Of a stretch of DNA of 43,202 nt, positions 1 to 7,998 are shown piece after piece; position 1 is the stretch's first letter; every line of letters starts with the position of its first letter. The position numbers and the translations under genes were made by a program. The notes below the pieces were generated by a model. It was not told the DNA's origin. It worked only from the letters and a program-made list of their open reading frames with translations, and made no database searches. The DNA comes from Candidatus Bathyarchaeota archaeon. GTDB taxonomy: Archaea > Thermoproteota > CALKCG01 > B24 > JAGTQN01. Location: contig JAGTQN010000003.1 in the NCBI GenBank assembly GCA_018396395.1, positions 1 to 43,202 of the forward strand. The letters are read 5' to 3'.

Positions 1-2211
1 GCCTTCCATCCTAACGCTTACGCTAAGAATCCCAACCATCGGAAACTTCAGGGCTTCCTCCAAGGTCATTACGATGAGGCTTGATGGAGGACAGTCGTAG
101 ACAAACGGAACTTCGGATGCAACATTAAGGAGCTTAGGAAGGATTGTATCGCCGTTGGCATCCAATAAGGACTTGAAGGCATCGTCATCGAAGATGCCCA
201 CGATCCTATACTTGCTTTCGAATATAATGCTATCCCCCACATCGACCTTAAGGAGCTCGGCTAACTTCGAGCTTATCAGAATGCCATCATTCTCATCGTC
301 TTTTATATAGTCGCCCTTAACTATGGTAGCCTTTATGGGCATCAGATCTGCCTGAAGGCTTGGCTTTATTCCGATTATACCATGGATTGGGACCTCGGCG
401 AAATCGCCTGAAGCAGTCCTTGCGTATCCCAAGGCTGAATTGTCTGGATGTATCGGGCTCTCCGCCTTTGGCACAACCCTCGTAACGTTCGGCTGCCCCC
501 CAAGCCATAGGATGAAGTTCTCGGAAAGCTCCCTGTAGGTTACGAACATCTCCCCAGCCTGGACATCCTCAACGATGAGCCATCCCTCCGGAAGGGGCTT
601 GGGAAGTAGGGGCCTGAAGGTATTGAGGACAAGGCCCCTTCCTGCGGCTATGGATGTCGTCGTTATGAAGCCAAAGGCCATGATGGCTACCGTAGCCAGG
701 GTTAGGCCTGTCCTTAGCCTCCTTCGCCTCAGGTTCCTGGCAGCTATGGAGAAGGATGTGATGATGGCGCTTTTTAGGGCCAGGGATCGCCATTGGGTCC
801 CATCCCTTCCCCTTCCCCTTCCCTTACGCTCCTCGAAGAGCCCAGGAAGCCTCATGGCTCCATAGCCAAAGCCCAGGCTTACTAAAGCCATAAGGATGAA
901 ATGGATAGGGGGAACGAGGCGGCATCCTGGAAAGGCTATGAAGAAGGCTGCCAGCATGGCTCCATAAGCCAAGGCCAGGAAGAGGGGTGTAAGGCTGAGG
1001 AAGGTCCGCCTTCGTCCTAGGGCTACCTCTATGCCCAAGGTCCGCTCCACGAGGAGATAGATGAGGGCTATGGATGTGAGGGCGAAGAAGATCGTAAGGA
1101 CGTAGGCAGAGTTCCTGCCTTCCTCGAAGAGGCTCTGGAGCTTCTGGGATGCATCGCTTCCAAGCATCCATGCCCTCCTTAGGCAGGCATAGGCATCATA
1201 GTACCTTCCCTGCTTAAGATAAAGCTGGGCAGAATCCACGAAGCCCAGGGACCTGAGGACATCCTGGCGCTCAGCCACGACCAAAAAGCCCGTATCCTCA
1301 GCCCTTAGGAGGCTTTCCAAAGCCCCATCCAGGATGCGCCTTACAAGGACTGCATTGAAGAGAATCGCCTCCTTGTCCACCTCGACCTCGAGGAAGCTTC
1401 CCTGGGAAAGGCGGTAGTAGCCTGAGCCGTAGCCTGAGCCGTAACCAGAGCCGTAACCAGAGCCATAACCATAACCGTAGCCTGCATCGGCTCCTAAGGT
1501 AAACTCATGGGCTATGGAGCCAGATCTGGCCCAGACTCTGATGCCTACGGGAACATCCGCAGGAACGATGGCATAGCTTCGATTAAGCCCAAGCTCATAG
1601 GCTTCCTGGACCATGCCATAAAGGGCTATGGAAGGGGCAGCCAAGGGCTTCTCGGGGCTTAGGACTGTGAACCTCCAATCGGAGGCAGGGCTTGGGCTTT
1701 CTACGAACCTTATCTCGCCCTTAAGGAAGATCGTGGCCGCCGGGATGAGGTTGAAGGTATAGGAAGCCATGGATCCCCTCTGGATGTAGACATCCCAGCT
1801 GCAGGGAACATAGTCTATGCCGGGGCTTTCTGATAGATCAGCAAGGACGTAGACCCTATGCCATCCCTCATAGCCCGTTTTTAGGAGGAAGGATCCTAGG
1901 GAATCCGTATAGGAGGAGGCTATGAGGCTTCGCCTATAGGATGTCTGGGCATAGAAGAGGAGGATCCTGGCTTTTGGAAGGGGTTTGTGGCTGGAGGAGT
2001 CGAAGACATAGCCCACTATGGTACCGGCTTCTGGAGGCGAAGGGGCTGCCGAGACCTGGGCCCTTGGAATGGCTATAAAGAGGAGGAGGGGTAGGAGAGA
2101 GGTTAAGAGGAGAAAGGCAATAAGGGAGACCCTAAACAATTCTCTCCGAAAGCCTTCCCTCGAAAATCCTAAGAAAATTGGGAGGGTGACGCTATGCTGT
2201 ATCTGTTTCAT
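1..2211 (-). CDS. Large membrane protein with FtsX/MacB-like ABC permease region (3' end outside window)
   Basis: Frame read from ATG at 2211 (purine-rich RBS upstream) towards the window edge. It is absent from the ORF track because no stop falls inside the window. It has an N-terminal hydrophobic segment, a GYVFDSSSHKPLPKARI carboxypeptidase-regulatory-like motif, several TM segments and SFSIAARNLRRRRLRTGLTLATVAIMAFGF, typical of the start of a MacB/FtsX permease. Confidence 0.8.
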   Translation of the reverse strand, partial: MKQIQHSVTLPIFLGFSREGFRRELFRVSLIAFLLLTSLLPLLLFIAIPRAQVSAAPSPPEAGTIVGYVFDSSSHKPLPKARILLFYAQTSYRRSLIASSYTDSLGSFLLKTGYEGWHRVYVLADLSESPGIDYVPCSWDVYIQRGSMASYTFNLIPAATIFLKGEIRFVESPSPASDWRFTVLSPEKPLAAPSIALYGMVQEAYELGLNRSYAIVPADVPVGIRVWARSGSIAHEFTLGADAGYGYGYGSGYGSGYGSGYGSGYYRLSQGSFLEVEVDKEAILFNAVLVRRILDGALESLLRAEDTGFLVVAERQDVLRSLGFVDSAQLYLKQGRYYDAYACLRRAWMLGSDASQKLQSLFEEGRNSAYVLTIFFALTSIALIYLLVERTLGIEVALGRRRTFLSLTPLFLALAYGAMLAAFFIAFPGCRLVPPIHFILMALVSLGFGYGAMRLPGLFEERKGRGRGRDGTQWRSLALKSAIITSFSIAARNLRRRRLRTGLTLATVAIMAFGFITTTSIAAGRGLVLNTFRPLLPKPLPEGWLIVEDVQAGEMFVTYRELSENFILWLGGQPNVTRVVPKAESPIHPDNSALGYARTASGDFAEVPIHGIIGIKPSLQADLMPIKATIVKGDYIKDDENDGILISSKLAELLKVDVGDSIIFESKYRIVGIFDDDAFKSLLDANGDTILPKLLNVASEVPFVYDCPPSSLIVMTLEEALKFPMVGILSVSVRMEG
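1417..1482 (-). repeat. In-frame 6/12-bp tandem repeat encoding GYGYGYGSGYGSGYGSGYGSGY
   Basis: gtagcctgagcc / gtaaccagagcc units on the + strand, in frame with the permease gene. Confidence 0.9.
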
Positions 2212-2319
2212 TGCTTTATCTTCCCTTTTCCTCCATCGTATAATTTTAACCCCGAACTTCACAGACTTAACTAACCTAGTTTAAGGCTTAAACATATAAT
2301 GACATACATACCTTTTGAA

Positions 2320-3022
2320 ATGGGCTCCCTAAACAGTTGTCTGCATGCTTAAGCCATTCGTTGAGGACATGGAAAAATTGCTTAAAATGCTTAAAGCTTT
2401 CCGTGATGCGTGCAACTACATTTCTAAGGTAGCCTTTGAGCATAGAGTCTTTAATCCCGTTGCTCTTCACCACATGTTTACCGAGAGAAGAGAGAAGTTT
2501 AGTCTTCCAGCAAACCTCGCCACAAGAGCAAGAGATAGGGTTGCTAAAGCCTACAAACAGGGAAAGATAGACTTCTTAAATTCACGAATGTTTCGATGGG
2601 CTTGGATGCAAGGCCCTTCAGACTTATTTACAAGCCAGATGGAATCTACGTCTCTATTTCCACGCTTCAAAGAGGGTTAAACCCTTGCTTGACATAAGCT
2701 ATTACCAGAGAAAGCTTCTTGAAGATGCTAAGCCTACACACCGTCTTGGCTTATAGGAGAAAAGCCTTCTTTCTCCATATAACTATAAGCTATACCAGAG
2801 CCTAAAGGTAACAACCCCGTAAGCATCGATATTGGAATGAAGAACCTTCTCACTGCCTCTAACGGCTTCAAAGTTAAAGGCGGAGAAATCCTCCATAAAA
2901 GGCATCGTTTTAGAGAGCCCTGCTCGTCTCTCCAAAGCAAAGGCAGTTCCTCTTCGAAGAGGAAGCTCAAAGGGCTGAGCGGAAGGGAAAGGAAATATGT
3001 AAATACTGTTCTGCATAGGTAA
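2320..3022 (+). pseudogene. tnpB: IS200/IS605-family TnpB (Cas12f-like) pseudogene, frameshifted and truncated
   Basis: Fragments ..LKAFRDACNYIS..REKFSLPANLATRARDRVAKAYK; RuvC-I SIDIGMKNL; bridge-helix-like SKRKLKGLSGRERKYVNTVLHR followed by a stop. No zinc finger or RuvC-III seen. Confidence 0.8.
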
Positions 3023-3242
3023 GCAGGGCTTTTGTAAATCGCTCTTAATCAGGGAGTTTGTTTGTGATGGGGAACCCATCCATGGATCTTAGGAACGCCA
3101 ATAATCCCATGATTATGTGCGACCTTGTATTAAGATTTGGCACAATACGACATGGTCCGGATGGAAAGTTGTCATCAATCCATGAAAAGCGTCGGCTCCT
3201 CTACAGAAGCCTCATGGGAGCCTACTAGAGCCTTCCGGGATG

Positions 3243-3606
3243 TCAGCTGAAGCATGCAAGACCATAAGGTCTCGTATACTCTATCTTCCCGGTTGTCGGA
3301 TCTACCTTTATCCCCAACCCCTCCAAGGCGGTGACTCCAAGCAAGGGTTCAGGGACGTCCATTATGGCAACTGGCAGTACCCTTCCCTCTCGCCTATTTT
3401 TACGTAGGCATAGGATAGCTGGGCTTCCACTTTCCGCCTGTCGGCCAAGAGTAATTCAACCTTCGCCATCGGTTTTATGGCTAGGATTTCCGTTAGCCTT
3501 TGGGGTATTGCCGTGTAGTAGGCACCCGTGTCGACAAGGAAGTCCGTCTCCTCAACCCGTGTCCTTTCAGGGGAACCCAACAGGGCTTTCACCTTACATA
3601 ACCCAT
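3243..3606 (-). pseudogene. Clan AA (retropepsin-like) aspartyl protease with two frameshifts
   Basis: MGYVR/VKALLG..FLVDTGAYYT..EREG/VLPVAIMDVPEPLLGVTALEGLGIKVDPTTGKIEY. The DTG motif and LLG..LE.LG motif are present; single-G losses near 3592 and 3381 break the frame. Confidence 0.85.
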
Positions 3607-3689
3607 CTGATCACTTTCCATCCACTATTTGGCTCCTTTATCCATAAAAGCGTCTAGTCCCTCTAGCCGGCTTCCTATGCATGGGAAGC

Positions 3690-4413
3690 TATCCTAAGGA
3701 TTTTCTTCCATCATCTTAAGCTTAAGCTCTGTAAGCCTCTTTATCCGGATCCCCTTAGGCTTCATTCCTCGTAAGCATGTACCATACGATTGTGGGCATT
3801 TCCTGGCTAAGGCTACGATGGCCTTTTGATGGCTTACGGGTGGCTACACGCCTTTAGAGGCTTCCATTACAAGCCCCTCATATCATCTCATATCATATCA
3901 TCTCATATCATCCCGTCGCTTAGGGAAGACCTCTTGCTGCCTGACTGGACGAAGATCCATCTGAACGAAAACGCTTGGAGCTCCGCTTCGTTATTCTTCC
4001 CATAGGCTCTATCTTATCACCGGTCTGGGGGAACGTAGAGAAGGCACTAGGTAGCCCACGAAGCCAGCTTCGAAGGACTTGCGAAGGAAACCTTGAATGT
4101 CACAACCTCAGCAGGTTGAGATCGCCGTATAGTAGTCGATTCTAGGCATCCACGATAAATGAGGAGCTTTACGGCATCCTCCTCCAAGGCTATGGAGGCG
4201 ATAGTCCTGGTTATGCAAAGCCTTATCAATGGTTCCCAGTAGCCTATATGACTGCCTTCTCTTCCTACCCTCAAGGGCTTCTAGAAGCCTCTCGATTCCT
4301 AGGCTGTCGTTCGTTTGAGAAGGGATAGCTCGTCCAGGATCCTGCCCTATCATCCTTAAGGCATGCCTGGAAGCTATGCTTTGCTACCTCGATCCCTACG
4401 TTTATCTTAGCAT
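3690..4413 (-). mobile_element. IS110-family transposase remnant (internally deleted, degenerate)
   Basis: N-terminal INVGIEVAKHSFQACL (DEDD domain start); SPSKLASWA.LVP..QTG..GRITKR; C-terminal HQKAIVALARK. Confidence 0.75.
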
Positions 4414-4833
4414 GGCTTCGCTTCTTAAGGTTGGCCCATGGTTTGGGGTATAATTTCAACGCCCCATGCCTTATTAAACATCTTAATTTGTTTGGAAGGG
4501 ATTCAGAGGCCCCAGATTTTTATCCATATTTTTTGGCTGCCTTCCTTCACTCGAATCGAGTCTCTCGGTCCTTAAGCCTTTTTACAGCTTCGAGAGGCTA
4601 TGACGCTTACGAGGTGGCTACATAGATGCTGAACTGCCCTTTTGGATGGATAAAGGGCTACGCAAGCAGCAGAAGTTTAGTTTGATATTTTATTCGCAAA
4701 GCTTCTGTGTGAAAGGAGAATGCCTCTTTTCTTTTCCTAGAAAAGCGAATAAGTTTTTTAGCCTTGCGGACGCCTAGTGCCTTAGCTAACTGAAATAAAG
4801 GCTTTATTCCTATTCCCTTGATGAGGGAGACGA

Positions 4834-5499
4834 ATGGTAAGGCTGACAAGGACTGTGGTGAGGCTTCACTCTGAAGAAAGGCTTGAAAGACCCTTGGCGA
4901 TTTTGGGGTTAACGGGCCATGGAGATGTGGGAAGGCTAGTCGTAAGGCATCTTATAAGGCTGACAGGAGCTAAAGCCCTCGCTGATCTTTACTCCCCCTT
5001 CTTTCCGGATTATGTAACCATCGATGCCTTGGGAATAAGCCATCTACCATGCTATGAGGTCTACGGCTCCAAGGATTCGAGGCCCAACCTCCTCCTGATA
5101 ACTGGTCAATACCATCCAGACCCTGAATCGATCGAATCTTGCTACGAGGTTTCCGATGCGATTCTAAGGTTTGCCATAAGGCTTGGGTGCCGGAGATTCG
5201 TAAGCTTAGATGGACACTTAACCAAGTCTGGGAAAGTCTCCATTCTAGTAGCCGCCACTTCGAGGCGTTTGGCTACCATCTTAGCCGAGAGGGGAGGGGG
5301 ACAAATCTATCGTGGAAAGGTCATATCCGGAGTTCCGGGGTTATTCCTTGGCTTAGCAAGGCTTAGGGGGCTTAGTGGCGCATGCCTTCTTACCACTACC
5401 TCTGGTAAGGCACTAGATGAAGAGGCCGCGAAGGTTACTATAGATTTTCTTAAGAAAGCATTGATTTCGAAACTTGGGGATTCTAGGGCTGAAAAATAA
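4834..5499 (+). CDS. PAC2 family proteasome assembly chaperone
   Basis: ILGLTGHGDVGRL motif, YSPFFPDYV, ISGVPGLFLGLARLRGLSGACLL. Confidence 0.8.
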   Translation: MVRLTRTVVRLHSEERLERPLAILGLTGHGDVGRLVVRHLIRLTGAKALADLYSPFFPDYVTIDALGISHLPCYEVYGSKDSRPNLLLITGQYHPDPESIESCYEVSDAILRFAIRLGCRRFVSLDGHLTKSGKVSILVAATSRRLATILAERGGGQIYRGKVISGVPGLFLGLARLRGLSGACLLTTTSGKALDEEAAKVTIDFLKKALISKLGDSRAEK

Positions 5500-5609
5500 G
5501 AAAGGAAAGAAAGGAAAGAAAAAAAGGAAAGAAAAAAAGAAGCTTAAGGAATTCTCTAAATTCCTTCGAAGACCTACTAATGCCATTTTTGAGGAAGGAA
5601 GACGTAATG

Positions 5610-6107
5610 CTACAATCTCTTCAGTACCCACTTCTCCCTTCCATAGCCCGTCTCAGGTGATGGCTGTTCCAGTGTTAGGTCATAGATGTCAGCATGGATG
5701 CCACTCAGCTCCTTCAGAGCCGCGAACATAAGGTTCGTCATGATGTGGCTCGGGCTAGCCCCCTCCTTCAGAAGCCTTATGGAGGACCTTGTAACCGAGA
5801 CTCCAAACATCTCGATAATGACCTCATTCTCCTCCACCTTTGTCAACTTTATCTTCGACATATAGCCCATGCGCTCAAGAAACTCCGCAATCGTCCTTAA
5901 AACATCGTATGGTTCCGAACTTGGGAATTCGACCATTTTCCTAAGCTCTTGAAACCCTATCTCACCGACGCGGTGGAAGAAGGCCTCGGCCGCCTCCTTT
6001 CCATAAAGCTCAGAGTAAGCCTTGCAGATGTTGTAGTTCAAGAAGTCGATGAACTCAGGCCTGACCATCTTCATGGAAATATCCTTAGACAAAGGGATTA
6101 TCGCCAA
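5610..6107 (-). CDS. Hypothetical protein, V4R/NO-signalling-like fold suspected
   Basis: Clean 165-aa ORF. YGKEAAEAFFHRVGEIG..FLERMGY pattern resembles V4R-domain proteins. Confidence 0.55.
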   Translation of the reverse strand: MAIIPLSKDISMKMVRPEFIDFLNYNICKAYSELYGKEAAEAFFHRVGEIGFQELRKMVEFPSSEPYDVLRTIAEFLERMGYMSKIKLTKVEENEVIIEMFGVSVTRSSIRLLKEGASPSHIMTNLMFAALKELSGIHADIYDLTLEQPSPETGYGREKWVLKRL

Positions 6108-6191
6108 TGAGAATTAATCTGGCGCCTATTTAACGATTCCCTCATCTATTTTTATCCTTCAAATTCACTACTAACATGTTAGGTTAGAGCC

Positions 6192-7175
6192 ATGATGATC
6201 CCCCCAGACATAGAGGAAATCGCTCGCAAAATCAAAACAATGGAAATTAGGGGGGCTGCCCTCATCGCAGAAACGGCCGTCAGCTGCCTAAAATCCATCG
6301 CAGAAAGGAGTAGGGCAAAAGAGACTAACGAGTTTATCAAGGAGCTGGACATCGTTGCGAGAAGGCTTCTGGATACCAGACCCACGGCAGTTTCTCTCCC
6401 GAACGCCATTCGATATGTCATGTATAGGGTCCTCCAAGCTGAGGAAAGGGGGGAGGGCATTGATAGTCTAAGGGAAATAACCGTTAAGGCCTGCGATGAG
6501 TTCATCAAGAACGCCAAGGAGGCCATAGGGAAGATTGCCGAGATAGGGGCCAGGAGAATATCCGATGGAGATGTCATCATGACCCATTGCCATAGCACGG
6601 CCGTCGTGGCGATCCTAAAGGCTGCCAAGGCCATGGGGAAGAGCATATCGGTTTATGCGACGGAGACACGGCCCCTATATCAAGGAAGGCTCACGGCCGA
6701 GCAACTTTTACAGAATGACATACCCGTAACGTTAATCGTTGATAGTGCCAGCAGATACTTTATGAAACGGGTTGATAAGGTCCTTGTGGGAGCTGATGCA
6801 GTGGCAGCCAATGGGGCTGTCGTGAACAAAATCGGGACGAGTATGGTTGCCCTAGCAGCCCATGAGGCGAGGACCCTTTTCTTCGTGGCGGCCGAGACCT
6901 TTAAGTTCAGCCCAGAAACCATCATTGGGGAGCTTATAAAGATCGAGGAGCGCCCAAAGGAGGAGATCCTGCCCCCTGAGATCGCGATGAAAGGATTAAA
7001 GGGGATCGAAGTTCGAAATCCTGCCTTTGATGTGACGCCCCCAGACTACATAGACCTCATCATTACGGAGCGAGGGATCATACCTCCTCAGGCGGCCTTG
7101 ACGGTCATACAACAGGAGCTAGGGCCCATTATCTATGAGAAACTCGGCATGTATAGCACCTACAGGGAGTCATAA
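6192..7175 (+). CDS. e2b2: Ribose-1,5-bisphosphate isomerase (eIF2B-like family)
   Basis: MEIRGA, TRPTAVSL, MTHCHS (catalytic Cys), ETRP, GADAV..NKIGT, NPAFDVTP. Confidence 0.9.
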   Translation: MMIPPDIEEIARKIKTMEIRGAALIAETAVSCLKSIAERSRAKETNEFIKELDIVARRLLDTRPTAVSLPNAIRYVMYRVLQAEERGEGIDSLREITVKACDEFIKNAKEAIGKIAEIGARRISDGDVIMTHCHSTAVVAILKAAKAMGKSISVYATETRPLYQGRLTAEQLLQNDIPVTLIVDSASRYFMKRVDKVLVGADAVAANGAVVNKIGTSMVALAAHEARTLFFVAAETFKFSPETIIGELIKIEERPKEEILPPEIAMKGLKGIEVRNPAFDVTPPDYIDLIITERGIIPPQAALTVIQQELGPIIYEKLGMYSTYRES

Positions 7176-7249
7176 GATAAGAATCCTCTCTGTTCATCGG
7201 CGCTATGTTATATTACATTTCATTTCACCCTAATTTTTACTAAATTCAA

Positions 7250-7394
7250 GCTTTGTGGCTTAATTATGGTTTATAGGTAATAGAGGGCGTTTTCGGTCTC
7301 CGAGTCATGGAGCTGTTTCCGAAAGTTTCCGTAAATCGCACATCTTACTGGTAGAGACGGAAGGGAAAAACCGGAAAAAATTAAGCCACAAAGC
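7250..7394. mobile_element. MITE (145 bp) with perfect 16-bp terminal inverted repeats
   Basis: GCTTTGTGGCTTAATT at 7250-7265 and AATTAAGCCACAAAGC at 7379-7394; direct repeat AAATTCA at 7242-7248 and 7396-7402. Confidence 0.8.
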
Positions 7395-7578
7395 AAAATT
7401 CATCACTTTTTTTCTTTCTAAGAAACCTTTCTAATCCTTTTGTAGGAAGGATAGAAAAAGATACCAGGTGCTTGAATCTTTAGGCTGGAAAATGGAGACG
7501 GAGTCGAAGACGGAGATGGAGGCGAGGACAAAGATGGAGTTTAAGGTGAAGGTATTGGAAGACGGAGGGATATGATAA

Positions 7579-7998
7579 ATGAAGGGCAGGGAAAGGGATC
7601 CCCTAAACCTTATTCCTGAGAGACGACAGGACCTTCTTTGGGAGACTACGCCCACGGGAGAGGTTTCTGTTACCATAAAGCAGCGAAGCCTATTCCCTAT
7701 TCCCCAAAGGCTTAGGAAAATAGTATTTGATGAAACAGGCTCCTACGTCCTCAGCCTCATCGATGGACGAATGACGGGTTTTGAGATTGCCCGAATTTTA
7801 AGCGAGGCAAAGGGCTTGGGCATCGAACAGGCGGAGGCTTCCTTGAGGGAATTCCTCAAAACCCTTCAGAGCCGAGGCATTATTACCCTTCGAGGGGGCT
7901 TTGGTCATTGTAAGGCATGTGGGGCAGACCTTCCAGAGGGAGCCCTTTACTGTCCCCAGTGCGGTACTAGGCAGGCTTCGGAGGAGAGCCATGGCTAG
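7579..7998 (+). CDS. PqqD-family (RiPP recognition element-like) protein with C-terminal zinc ribbon
   Basis: IVFDETGSYVLSLIDGRMTGFEIARIL..LREFLKTLQSRGII (PqqD winged helix), then CKAC..GALYCPQCGT. Confidence 0.75.
   Translation: MKGRERDPLNLIPERRQDLLWETTPTGEVSVTIKQRSLFPIPQRLRKIVFDETGSYVLSLIDGRMTGFEIARILSEAKGLGIEQAEASLREFLKTLQSRGIITLRGGFGHCKACGADLPEGALYCPQCGTRQASEESHG

Noticed and set aside
317-2284. Several short ORFs in the track at the window start
   Set aside because: They are shadows of the long minus-strand permease frame that lacks a stop inside the window.
7492-7575. RiPP precursor peptide with double-glycine motif
   Set aside because: The sequence is a 6-bp periodic repeat, only one residue follows GG, and there is no modifying enzyme nearby. 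Kept only as a caveat in the PqqD finding.
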